Of a stretch of 64,000 bases of DNA, positions 10,377 to 20,142 are shown one piece after another. Each line of letters opens with the position of its first letter. Positions within the stretch are counted from its first letter, which is position 1. The position numbers and the translations under genes are program-made. The notes under the pieces are model-generated. The model was not told the origin of the DNA. It made no database searches and was given only the letters and a program-made list of their open reading frames with translations. Source of the stretch: a virus (Duplodnaviria; Caudoviricetes); the IMG/VR virus record IMGVR_UViG_3300028048_003124. The stretch is one strand, 5' to 3'.

Positions 10377-11621
10377 ATGAATATATTGGTTTCTGATTCA
10401 ACTATATCTTATAAAAATTGGATAGTTGTTAGAACTATTAAAGATGCTTTAAGTGTCGTAGGATTTGTTGAAGGGTTAGTATATCATAAAAGTCAAGAAA
10501 AGTCTGAGGACAAGATAAAGTTTATGACAGAGTTTTCTAAAAAGCATACAAGTTGTAAGATAGTATATTTGTGTGCCAAGGATAAGGCTGATAATGCTCT
10601 TAAGATGTTGATAACAGGTGGTCTTAACGGCAAGTATGTAGACGATGAGTTTTATCTTGAGAGTGATAGAGAGCTAAATACTCTTTTAGTAGATTCTGCT
10701 ATGATTGTAAAATCTTCTGATCTATCGGGTATTGATGTGCTGAGAGATTTCTTTAATAGGTACACTTCTGGTGATAAGCCAATATCTAAAAGGTATTTGT
10801 CGATTGTAAAATCTGCGGCAATAGAGCTAAGTGAGGCTTATGCAGAGAAAAATAAAGAGATATTAGAGATGTCTGAGTCTGCGGCTGAGATATTCTCTAA
10901 CTCGATAGATTTAATAGCTCAGATGCGTGAGCAGCAAGAGTCTTTAGAAAAGGATATAAAATCTATAAGAGATAGAAGTGCTGAGATGACTTCATACTCG
11001 CAGCCAGCAAGGGCAATAGGTGGATCAGTTTTATTCTACCCCAGAGTTAATTATTTAAAGAACAAAGCTATAATACGCATAAAAGATATTGGAGATTGTC
11101 CTTATGTTACATCATTTTGTATAGGTTTTAGAGAGTATTTAGAGAGAATAAAAAGTGTAAGACCAAAACTAATCGTAATAGAGGGTAATGGTCATATAAA
11201 AAGAGATTGCTACCCAGACTTCAAGTGGGTAGTAAATGAAAATAAGAACGATATTAGAAACTATTATGATAAAGTGGTTTTTACAAACTGTCCAACAACT
11301 GTAATAATGTCTAAGTTGTTAGATGATAGTGATTATGATACATTTATTGTATTAGATAAGACTGAGAATTATAAAGACCATATCTTAAACAGTAAGGGTT
11401 TAGTAATATATTCGATTGCTTCTGAGCGTTTTATAACTCAGTTAAAATTACCTAAAAAGGATTGCATAACATTAATAAAAGAAGTGAAAGGCACTCTGTT
11501 TAGTTTACCTTTCTTTTCAGATTATCCTAAAAGAGATGATCAGAGAATGAATATGTACTTACGAGAGTGTTCCGATAGGTATAACATTTTATTTAGTGCT
11601 AGGCTTGGAAATACTTTATAA
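10377..11621 (+). CDS. Hypothetical protein (receiver-like N-terminus, central coiled coil)
   Basis: 414 aa ORF with RBS; heptad-like segment around aa 150-205; in the transfer operon. Confidence 0.55.
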   Translation: MNILVSDSTISYKNWIVVRTIKDALSVVGFVEGLVYHKSQEKSEDKIKFMTEFSKKHTSCKIVYLCAKDKADNALKMLITGGLNGKYVDDEFYLESDRELNTLLVDSAMIVKSSDLSGIDVLRDFFNRYTSGDKPISKRYLSIVKSAAIELSEAYAEKNKEILEMSESAAEIFSNSIDLIAQMREQQESLEKDIKSIRDRSAEMTSYSQPARAIGGSVLFYPRVNYLKNKAIIRIKDIGDCPYVTSFCIGFREYLERIKSVRPKLIVIEGNGHIKRDCYPDFKWVVNENKNDIRNYYDKVVFTNCPTTVIMSKLLDDSDYDTFIVLDKTENYKDHILNSKGLVIYSIASERFITQLKLPKKDCITLIKEVKGTLFSLPFFSDYPKRDDQRMNMYLRECSDRYNILFSARLGNTL

Positions 11622-11641
11622 GTATTTAGAAAGAGGTTACT

Positions 11642-13705
11642 ATGTGGCTATTTAAGAAAACAGAGCATCCAGATGTGAAAATATCAGCAACTAAGTTTTG
11701 GGTGCACTACATAATGACTCACTTGCGTAGAAATGTAAGTATGTACCCTAAGTTAAGGGATTACAACTTCTATGCTAATGAGAATGCTACAATGAGTGGT
11801 AAGACTAGGATAACATACTATTACACGATAGACGGATATCCTATCGAGACTCCTATAGATTTTAGAGCTGATATAAGAGATGTAACAGCTTCTGATGTTA
11901 AGGTATCTTTCATATCTACGTTTGAGCCTACAAGAATAGATTGGAACAGTGCTCAAATGCGTTCTAAGTTGAAGACTTGGCAAAACATTGAGGAAGATTC
12001 TGTTGAGGTAACTAGTTATAACTATAATAAGTATGCTACAAGTTTGACCAGTAGAGAAAGAAGAAAAGACTCGATAGTGTATTTGACAGATGCTGGTCAA
12101 AGAAAACGTAACCTATTTAAATACAGAACACTGATGGTAGTAAGTGGTTACAGAGGAGAAAATTTTGATAAGTCTATCTTTGAAATTGAGGAGCACTGCA
12201 AGTCTATCGATATGAAGATAACAAGGGTAGAGGAAGATTTAGGCGAGTTTTTAAAGGCTTTTAGCCCATTTTCTGCCCAGTTGACTAGCAAGATATTAAA
12301 ACAGGTAGGTAATAACACTTTACCTGATGAACAGATAGCCAGATTTAGTACTTACGCGCAGGGTAAGATAGGCAAGAGTGGTATTATGTTTGGAACAGAT
12401 ATACACTCTGGTTTTGCCGTTTACAAGCAGGTAAAGAAATCAGATGTAGATGCCGAGAACATACTTATAACAGCTGAGACCGGTGGTGGTAAGTCTTATT
12501 TTGCAAAGTATTTATTATTACAATTGTTGGCGTATGATTACTTTAATGGTACTATAAATGATATAGAAGGCTCTGAGTATCTGCCTTTAGCAAATTACCT
12601 AAGTCATAATGACAAAGTGGTAATATTAAATATGGCAGAGGGTCAAGGTTGTTATTATGACCCATTTGAAATATCTCTAACTGGTGTCGAGAAGTTAGAT
12701 GCTGACCTTTTTACTTTCTGTAAGTCATTCACAAACACGATATTTAGGGTATTGATAGGTGAAACATTACTAGACACTAATGATTGGGCGCAAAAGATTG
12801 TAAACAATGCGATTGCTTTAGCATATTCTGAGTTAGGTGTTAAAGAGAGCGACAGTTCTACTTGGGAGAACACCAAAGGTTATGACTTATTTTATGTATA
12901 TTCCAAGTTCAAGGATTTGTACCTTGAGTGTATAAGACTTAAAGATGCAAGAGAGGAAGATTTAGCGTTAAGCCAGAGGTATAAGTTGAACCCAGAGTAT
13001 TTAGATACGCTTGATAAGGTTGTTGCAAAGCTATCAGAGTATTTTGAACCTTTTGAAAGAGGTGGAATACGTTCAGACGTATTTAAGAACAGGGTAACTC
13101 TTAGCGATATTGTTGATGCTAAGTTACTTGTAAACTCGTTTGGTATGGAAGGAAGATCTGCAACAACTGTAGATAAAACTCAGATGGCTTTGACTCAGAT
13201 ATCAGCAGCAAACATATCATATATACGGAGTATTTTCTCGAAAGCTCAAGGTAAGTTTAATTTCAAGGTCTGGGAGGAGTTCCAAAGATGGGGGCAATTT
13301 CCAGGTAGTGCAATAACTATTAAAACGGCTATAACTGGTGGTCGTAAGTTGGGTGATGTTAATTTTATTATTACTAATAATGTAAAAGAGTTATTAGATG
13401 ATGATAGATTTGCTATCTTTGATAATATTACTTCTTTTGCAATAGGTGCTATTGCTTCTCAGAGTACTAGAACTCGTTTATGCGAAGAGTTGTCTGTACC
13501 AAATCTACAGGTAGAGTTAGACAGCATAGTATTAAATAAGGGTAATACAGAGACTTTTGAGAGTAGTAACATGTTACAGAGTAAGTACGACAAGGCTTTC
13601 CTTGTTTGTCTTGATAAGACGGTATCAACTATTGCGAAAGCCGAGTTACCATATCACATAGCTACAAGCTCTATATTTAAGACTGGTGTAGATATAAGAA
13701 AGTAG
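11642..13705 (+). CDS. VirB4/TcpF-like conjugative ATPase
   Basis: Walker A ILITAETGGGKS, INDIEGSEY, Walker B KVWEEF, GRKLG motif; size and context fit VirB4. Confidence 0.85.
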   Translation: MWLFKKTEHPDVKISATKFWVHYIMTHLRRNVSMYPKLRDYNFYANENATMSGKTRITYYYTIDGYPIETPIDFRADIRDVTASDVKVSFISTFEPTRIDWNSAQMRSKLKTWQNIEEDSVEVTSYNYNKYATSLTSRERRKDSIVYLTDAGQRKRNLFKYRTLMVVSGYRGENFDKSIFEIEEHCKSIDMKITRVEEDLGEFLKAFSPFSAQLTSKILKQVGNNTLPDEQIARFSTYAQGKIGKSGIMFGTDIHSGFAVYKQVKKSDVDAENILITAETGGGKSYFAKYLLLQLLAYDYFNGTINDIEGSEYLPLANYLSHNDKVVILNMAEGQGCYYDPFEISLTGVEKLDADLFTFCKSFTNTIFRVLIGETLLDTNDWAQKIVNNAIALAYSELGVKESDSSTWENTKGYDLFYVYSKFKDLYLECIRLKDAREEDLALSQRYKLNPEYLDTLDKVVAKLSEYFEPFERGGIRSDVFKNRVTLSDIVDAKLLVNSFGMEGRSATTVDKTQMALTQISAANISYIRSIFSKAQGKFNFKVWEEFQRWGQFPGSAITIKTAITGGRKLGDVNFIITNNVKELLDDDRFAIFDNITSFAIGAIASQSTRTRLCEELSVPNLQVELDSIVLNKGNTETFESSNMLQSKYDKAFLVCLDKTVSTIAKAELPYHIATSSIFKTGVDIRK

Positions 13706-13715
13706 GGGTTATTTT

Positions 13716-14603
13716 ATGATAAAAAAGGTTTTTGGCAATAAAAAACTATTGTTAGCTATAATAGCTGGTTTTTTGGTGCTTGTTCTGATTATAGGTGGAA
13801 CTATAAGTTCCCATAACAAGCAGAAAGAGAAGGAGAAATCCGAAGCAGAGGCAAGGGAGCGTATGGAGCAGGAAGAAGCTGATATGCTCAATAATTCTGA
13901 CTTTCTTTTAATAAATAAACAGGAAGATTTAAGAAAAAAGTATGGAGCTCTACCAGAAGGGTATATCTGGGACTTTGATGGCTCATTACTGAGTCTTGGT
14001 GATAAGTCTATGTCTGCTGAAGAGGTTCTATATGCATATCTAAATGGTGTAAAAACTTTAGACTTCTCCTCTGTACAGAAGTTTTCTAGAAATAGTATGG
14101 TTGTTGAAACTTATTCAGAGTACTTCAATGAGTCAGCGAGATATAATGATTACAAAGAGAGTTTTATGCGTAATATGTATCGATCTTGTATGTTGTCTAT
14201 ACAGACCGATAAAGTAATAAGTAATACTGTTTTTGCAGAAAACAAACAGGTGTTTACTATAAAAGTAAGTATGTTAGATTTGACTACAAAGGATTTCTGG
14301 CAGAAAGATAAGGAAACTATATACAAAAACTTACAGTTATATAAGAAAGATGAAGCAGATGATACAAAGGGTGATATCTACCTCTATGATTACATAAACA
14401 GATATTATTCTAGTGAAGATGCAGCTAGGAGAGATGTAACTTTTGATATTACACTAGAAAGGTATGCTGATTTGGATACAGGTTGGTTAGTAAGTATAGA
14501 TACAGATGTAGATGCGGCTTGTAGATATGCTGATGGTACTTTAGTTGTCCAGTATATTAAAGAGTGCTTTGCTTCAGAGGCATATGATTATTTTAATAAA
14601 TAA
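13716..14603 (+). CDS. Single-TM extracellular protein, putative VirB8/TcpC-like
   Basis: N-terminal anchor, coiled coil, then an alpha/beta domain; directly after VirB4. Confidence 0.45.
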   Translation: MIKKVFGNKKLLLAIIAGFLVLVLIIGGTISSHNKQKEKEKSEAEARERMEQEEADMLNNSDFLLINKQEDLRKKYGALPEGYIWDFDGSLLSLGDKSMSAEEVLYAYLNGVKTLDFSSVQKFSRNSMVVETYSEYFNESARYNDYKESFMRNMYRSCMLSIQTDKVISNTVFAENKQVFTIKVSMLDLTTKDFWQKDKETIYKNLQLYKKDEADDTKGDIYLYDYINRYYSSEDAARRDVTFDITLERYADLDTGWLVSIDTDVDAACRYADGTLVVQYIKECFASEAYDYFNK

Positions 14604-14611
14604 GTTAGGTT

Positions 14612-14806
14612 GTGGTTAAAATTAGGTTTACAAGTACTGATTTATGGTTAACACTCTTAATTATAGTTGTTGCATTTTTGTTTTCGCACATGACTACCGA
14701 TAGAGATATGCCAAAAAACATGAGAACTGTAGCTTGGGTAGTATTTATAATACTTTCGTTACTATACTTAATATTTGGGGTAATTGTGGCAGGAAAGGTT
14801 GGTTAA
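14612..14806 (+). CDS. Small two-TM membrane protein
   Basis: 64 aa, two hydrophobic helices, fills the gap in the operon. Confidence 0.65.
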   Translation: MVKIRFTSTDLWLTLLIIVVAFLFSHMTTDRDMPKNMRTVAWVVFIILSLLYLIFGVIVAGKVG

Positions 14807-14808
14807 TT

Positions 14809-17154
14809 ATGCCTGATTTTGATAGAATGCGTGCTGAACATGATTTTAATATGAACCCACCTGTAAGTGCCCCAGGTCAAGGAGATGATGGTTGGGGGGA
14901 TTTATTTAGCCAACCCTCTCAAGAGCCAATGCAAGGAACACCAATGGGTAGTGACGTTGATATAAACAGCATACTTAATGGTCAAGGTAATATGGGCGGA
15001 GTTCCAGGAATACCAGGTATGCAGGGTGGTATTGGCGGTGTAAATGGGATGCCTAACCAGTTCGGAAATATGCAGCAGAGTCAAACTTTTGGAGACAAGG
15101 TCTCAGAGGGTATTGATAAGGCGGCTGTAGCTTCCGCAAAGGGTTTATGGAGTTACATAAAGTATGTAGTTAAGTCATTTACAAATAACACCAATAATGA
15201 TTGGAACGCTTTAGGCGCAAAGTACTTCAAAGTTTCCTCGATTATAGCAATTGTTGGTGTTGTACTGTTATTGTTAAGGCTTATTGGGGTACATATTGCT
15301 GGAGATTTGCCGTTATTTACGGCAGGTGTTTTTGGTTTTGCAGTTGGATTGTGCATGACAATATTTATTCCAAAAACAAAGGAGGAACCAGTAGTTGAGG
15401 ATGTTAATCAGGAGGTTAATGTAAACCCTGATACAAATTATTCTGATTGGGATGAAGATACCTATCAAGAAGAGTATGAAGAGGAATCCTATGATGACGA
15501 GGATTGGGGTTCAGACGAATCTTACGATAGTTTTGATGATATAGATGACAGCTTATTTGCGAGTAATGATGATTTCAATGCAAAAGAAGCGGTATCTACT
15601 TTACCTGATATACCGTCAGGGCAGTATACAAGGCAGTTTTTATTTGAAACATTTTCCAAAGTGTTGCCATCAGTAAATCCTAATTTCATGCAGATGGTTT
15701 CTGTTAGTGATACTGATGATGAGTTTCTAACGTTTGAGGACTTTTTGCTTAGAGCAGCAGGTCAGACTGGTGCTAAAGAAGAGAAGTTGGAAGAGATACA
15801 GATGGTAGAAATGTATAAGAACCTGTTCTTAATACGCTTAATAGCAACAAGACCTGCAGGATTGAAAGAAAAAGAGATCGCTGACGGTGTTGCTGATTTG
15901 TATAAACGTGATGAGTACGGAGCAACAATAGAGGGTAGAGAAGGCGTATTCGGTAGAGTAAATTCTCAGGTAGGTAGACTAATAATAGATATTTTCCTAT
16001 CAAAGAATGTTATGGTATCTCTTGGTGATGTGTTTAGGCAGAAGTCTGAATTCTTACTAGACATAAATAACACGATGCCTTTAATCTGGGGTATTAGTGA
16101 GATGGGAAAAGTATTCTGCTATGATGGAATGAAAGATGGTAATGGAGGAATGCTTATAAGTGGTGAGGCAAGAAGTGGTAAGTCATGGAAAGGTCAGTCT
16201 CTTATTGCTCAGATGTGTATGTTCCGCTCGCCTAAAGAGCTAAACTTTTATTTCTATGATGTTAAGGGTATTGCTTCTGACTATGCTTATTTAAGCAAAG
16301 TACTTCCTCACTGTAAGGGTTTTTGTGGTGAAGCTTTAAAGTTCAATAATAGTATAGAGAGTATACTAAACAGAGAGAATAAGCGTAGAACTGCTCTGCT
16401 TGGAGGAAAATATACTAATGTTAAGGATTATAATAAAGATCATCCTTATGATAAAATTCCAACTATTTATTTTGTTATAGATGAGATGGCTACGGCTATG
16501 TCGGAAATGATGGATAAAGATATAGAGATCCGTAAGAAGTTTGATTCTCTATTAAAGCAGATAGCCACTAAGTACCCATATTTAGAGTTAAAGTTGTTAC
16601 TATTTCCACACAGAATTGTTAACGACATTATAAACAAGACTGTTTCCTCTATGATTTCCACTCGTTCTGTAATGGGTAATGTGCCAGCTGAGGAGTTAAA
16701 GAACGCTCTTGATGTTAAAAACTTTCAGTATTCTTTGGTAAAGACTGGTGATATGGCAATCAAGTCGAGTTCAATTAATAGTGGTAATGTTGTATATAGT
16801 CACTCAGAGGTACTGTCTACCAGTGAGCAGACGAATCGTAAGATATTTGACTATATAGGTGAGGTGTGGCGTAAGTTAGAGCCAGATTGTAAACCTATGG
16901 TAGAAGATGGTATTTCTTCTGAAACTACAGGAAGAAATATAAGAAAAGAAAGCAAGCCTGCAAGAGATAATTCGGTATTTGACGAAGACTTCTCTTATAG
17001 TCCTAAAAACAGTAAGGACTCAGGTTTTGCTGACGCTGTCGGTGTAGATGATTTAGAGGAAGAGTTTGGTATTTCTTCAGATGTTGATGAGTCTTTTTGG
17101 GATGATAAATTAAAGGATTCAGATTCTGACAGTTTTTGGGATAACTTCAGCTAA
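14809..17154 (+). CDS. FtsK/SpoIIIE-family (TcpA-like) coupling ATPase
   Basis: Two TM helices, acidic linker, Walker A GMLISGEARSGKS, FYFYDVK, Walker B FVIDEM. Start moved to ATG 14809 (RBS AGGAAAGG) from the track's 14734. Confidence 0.8.
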   Translation: MPDFDRMRAEHDFNMNPPVSAPGQGDDGWGDLFSQPSQEPMQGTPMGSDVDINSILNGQGNMGGVPGIPGMQGGIGGVNGMPNQFGNMQQSQTFGDKVSEGIDKAAVASAKGLWSYIKYVVKSFTNNTNNDWNALGAKYFKVSSIIAIVGVVLLLLRLIGVHIAGDLPLFTAGVFGFAVGLCMTIFIPKTKEEPVVEDVNQEVNVNPDTNYSDWDEDTYQEEYEEESYDDEDWGSDESYDSFDDIDDSLFASNDDFNAKEAVSTLPDIPSGQYTRQFLFETFSKVLPSVNPNFMQMVSVSDTDDEFLTFEDFLLRAAGQTGAKEEKLEEIQMVEMYKNLFLIRLIATRPAGLKEKEIADGVADLYKRDEYGATIEGREGVFGRVNSQVGRLIIDIFLSKNVMVSLGDVFRQKSEFLLDINNTMPLIWGISEMGKVFCYDGMKDGNGGMLISGEARSGKSWKGQSLIAQMCMFRSPKELNFYFYDVKGIASDYAYLSKVLPHCKGFCGEALKFNNSIESILNRENKRRTALLGGKYTNVKDYNKDHPYDKIPTIYFVIDEMATAMSEMMDKDIEIRKKFDSLLKQIATKYPYLELKLLLFPHRIVNDIINKTVSSMISTRSVMGNVPAEELKNALDVKNFQYSLVKTGDMAIKSSSINSGNVVYSHSEVLSTSEQTNRKIFDYIGEVWRKLEPDCKPMVEDGISSETTGRNIRKESKPARDNSVFDEDFSYSPKNSKDSGFADAVGVDDLEEEFGISSDVDESFWDDKLKDSDSDSFWDNFS

Positions 17155-17177
17155 AATGCTGTAGGAGGGTTGTTAAT

Positions 17178-18092
17178 ATGGTGCAAACAGTAAAAGTATC
17201 TGGTAATACAGAAGATATATTTAGTTGTATAGACTTTTATCAAAATATTTCTGTTGTAGGTTTGCAGTCTATTGATGACTTAAGAAAAGTATATATAAAG
17301 ATGTATCTTGATGACTATAAGCACAGGTATGCTTATAGGCAGAGAAAGAAAAAGGCTGTAAGCGAGGAAAAGGCTAAAGTTGAGAAAACTGTTCTTCTTG
17401 ACAAGGATATTAATTCTGTTGAGAAAGTCGAAGAGGTTGTTCAGCCTGTTGAAGAGGTAAATAATGACCCAGAAGAAAGTGTCAACTCTAATACAGATGA
17501 AAGAGAAGCATACATAGCAAGACTATGGAAAGAGAAATATCCGATAGCAGAATACGTAAATAGGGGTACCTACATAGAGGATGTGGTTGTAAAGAAACAA
17601 CCAGCCCCTGTTGAGGTAAAAGATGTTGAGTATGTTAAGACTGGAGTTATTTTAGAAGATTTTGTTGTTCCTAGCAAGGCTGATGTGACTACTGTCGCTG
17701 AGAGTGTAGAGGCTGAGTCTACTAAAGAACCAATAGTATATGTTCAGCGTGGTGTTATTTTAGAAGATGTAGTATCAAAGGTTTCTACAGATTATGTTTC
17801 ATTTGCTTCTGAGGAAGATATAGTAAAACCAAAAATAAAAGAAAAATCAGAGGGTAAGGTAGAAGAAAGATATACTGAAGCCCCAAGAGAACATAAACCT
17901 AAACGCAAAAAAGTAGCAACTAAAAAAGAACCCGAAAAAACCGAAGTATATAAAAATGTTAGAGATTACGTAAAGAGAAATCCAGGATGTGTATTAAATG
18001 ACCTACTAGGGTATTTCTCTCAAAAAGAAGTACAAAGGGCTTTAATGGGAGCTAAGGTTGTACAAAGAAAAAAGAAATTTTATGTGGTTTAA
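17178..18092 (+). CDS. Hypothetical protein with three internal YVxxGxxxED repeats and a possible C-terminal winged helix
   Basis: Repeats seen in the translation; basic helical C-terminus. Confidence 0.6.
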   Translation: MVQTVKVSGNTEDIFSCIDFYQNISVVGLQSIDDLRKVYIKMYLDDYKHRYAYRQRKKKAVSEEKAKVEKTVLLDKDINSVEKVEEVVQPVEEVNNDPEESVNSNTDEREAYIARLWKEKYPIAEYVNRGTYIEDVVVKKQPAPVEVKDVEYVKTGVILEDFVVPSKADVTTVAESVEAESTKEPIVYVQRGVILEDVVSKVSTDYVSFASEEDIVKPKIKEKSEGKVEERYTEAPREHKPKRKKVATKKEPEKTEVYKNVRDYVKRNPGCVLNDLLGYFSQKEVQRALMGAKVVQRKKKFYVV

Positions 18093-18103
18093 TTGGTGAT
18101 ATT

Positions 18104-18481
18104 ATGCAGATAACTAGAGTTATTTACAACGATGATGGTTTTAAGGCTAAAGAGGCATTGGCAGTGTGTTCAATAATTTTTGATGACTGCTTCAAATTAA
18201 AGGGTATTAGTTTATATAAAGGACCCGATGGGTATTATCTTACTTTTCCAAGTAGGCAAGATGTGTATAAAAAAGTAAGAAAGTTAAATGAGGATTTAGA
18301 TATAAAGTTTCCAGAGAATACTAGAGAAAAAGGTAACTCTAATAAGTCGTATGAAGAGTTTTTTCATCCAGTGTCAAATAAGATGTATAGTTATATGTTA
18401 AGCACTATAATAGATGGTTTTGAGAAGAATGAGTCTGATATAAGAGGTCATTTTTCGAAAGTTTCTTACAGGTTATCTTAA
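18104..18481 (+). CDS. spoVG: SpoVG-family nucleic-acid-binding protein
   Basis: MQIT.V...AVCSIIFDDCF.LKGISL..G.DGY.L.FPSR...EEFFHPV matches the SpoVG pattern. Confidence 0.8.
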   Translation: MQITRVIYNDDGFKAKEALAVCSIIFDDCFKLKGISLYKGPDGYYLTFPSRQDVYKKVRKLNEDLDIKFPENTREKGNSNKSYEEFFHPVSNKMYSYMLSTIIDGFEKNESDIRGHFSKVSYRLS

Positions 18482-18501
18482 TTTATTAAGGGGTTGTAGT
18501 T

Positions 18502-20085
18502 TTGTCTAGAGCTAAGGAAGTAGTTTACTACAGAAATAGATTAAAAGGCACCAAGCTGTCTGAGTCTGACTGTGATGTTCTTGAGAACCTACTGAAAGTG
18601 GACGCTCAAAACGGGTATATAAAAGATTTGCAGAATATAATATGGGAATTAGATCCATCAGATGTAGAGTTGTTAAAAAATACTAAAGATAACACTTTTC
18701 TGACAATGAAGAAAGGTATGCTAACAAACATACAAACTGTCGGTGTAGCCTATATGTATTTTGCAAAGAGTTTAATACTTGGAGATTCTGTTGGATTAGG
18801 TAAAACTGTAGAGATTTGTGGTCTTTGTAACTTATTAGAGTCTAAGATGCTAAAAAATAATCAAGAGTTTAGGTGTCTTTATTTAACAGAGAAAAATCTG
18901 TTACAGCAGACTAGGGATAAGTTTATCAAATTTACTGGAAACTACACAGAGCTTGTATGGGGTGAAAAAAAGTACGTTCAAAAGTTTTGTTCAGATAACT
19001 CTGAGTATATTCAATACAGTGTTGTAGGAGCTCACTCATTATTAACAAATCCTATCTTTCAGGAGTACCTCATTGCATATAAAAGACGTAATGGCTGTTA
19101 CCCATTTGATCTACTGGTAATTGATGAGGCTGGAGATGTTCTTAAAAACTCAAAGACGAAGACATATAAGGACGCTATGCAAATCAGAGATATGTTCGAA
19201 AGGGTAATAATCCTGAATGCAACTTCCTTTGAGAAAGAACTGGGTATGTTTTATAATCAAATTCATTTTGTTGATAAGACTTTTTTACCAACTAAGACAG
19301 AATTTCAGAAAGAGTATGAGATTAAGGATTATACTGGACCATACCCTCGATTTTCGGGTAAATATCAAAACCAAGATAAGTTTAAGAGCTTAGTTGCTTA
19401 TAGGTACTTAGCTAGAACTCGCAAGAGCACTGGAGCAACAATGACAAATTGTTCAGCTGATGTTGTTGTAGTACCTTTAAGTCAAGAGCAGAAGGAACTT
19501 TTAAAAATAACAAGTATGCCTAGTATGGTATATGATTGCCCATCTTACTTTGGAACTGGTGTTGATACCAATGAAGAGACAACTCCCAAATTGGCAGCGC
19601 TGGTAAAAATATTAACAGATACTTGGGCAGATGAAAGTGAAATACTTGTTTACTCTCGTTATAAAGAGGCTCAAGATAATATAAAATATACTCTACAAGA
19701 GTATGATATAGACTGCTATATACTTAATGGTGATTCTTCAAAAGATGAGAGAGAAGCAGTAATAAATGCCTTTAAATTAGGAGACATAAGGGTACTAATA
19801 ACAAATGTACAAAAAGGCTTAGATTTTGGTAATTGTAACCATTGTATATTTTATAATTATGATAGTAATCCGAATAACATGGTACAATTTGAGGGTAGAA
19901 TGACTAGAAGCTACAATATTGATAATAAGCACGTCATATTGTTAATATCTAGGGGTAAGGAATTAAGGGCTTTCAAGAAAGTAGCAGTTGAGAGAGCAAC
20001 AGCTAGTGATATCTTCGCAGGAAGTGATTATTCTTGTGTGTTAAGCATATTGTTAGATAGCGGTAAGATTGCTGAATTAAAATAA
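18502..20085 (+). CDS. SNF2-like superfamily 2 helicase
   Basis: LILGDSVGLGKT, LVIDEAG, NAT, GLDF, QFEGRMTR. Confidence 0.85.
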   Translation: MSRAKEVVYYRNRLKGTKLSESDCDVLENLLKVDAQNGYIKDLQNIIWELDPSDVELLKNTKDNTFLTMKKGMLTNIQTVGVAYMYFAKSLILGDSVGLGKTVEICGLCNLLESKMLKNNQEFRCLYLTEKNLLQQTRDKFIKFTGNYTELVWGEKKYVQKFCSDNSEYIQYSVVGAHSLLTNPIFQEYLIAYKRRNGCYPFDLLVIDEAGDVLKNSKTKTYKDAMQIRDMFERVIILNATSFEKELGMFYNQIHFVDKTFLPTKTEFQKEYEIKDYTGPYPRFSGKYQNQDKFKSLVAYRYLARTRKSTGATMTNCSADVVVVPLSQEQKELLKITSMPSMVYDCPSYFGTGVDTNEETTPKLAALVKILTDTWADESEILVYSRYKEAQDNIKYTLQEYDIDCYILNGDSSKDEREAVINAFKLGDIRVLITNVQKGLDFGNCNHCIFYNYDSNPNNMVQFEGRMTRSYNIDNKHVILLISRGKELRAFKKVAVERATASDIFAGSDYSCVLSILLDSGKIAELK

Positions 20086-20090
20086 CAATT

Positions 20091-20121
20091 GGGTTGATAC
20101 TATAGTTTGTAGTATTAACCC
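20091..20121 (+). terminator. Hairpin/possible terminator
   Basis: GGGTTGATACTATA-GTT-TGTAGTATTAACCC stem with G-U pairs; weak T tail. Confidence 0.6.
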
Positions 20122-20142
20122 TATTATTTTAGGTGGTTAATT

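Noticed and set aside
14809-17154. Type VII secretion EssC
   Set aside because: Only one FtsK ATPase domain and no WXG100 genes; the VirB4 context favours a coupling protein.
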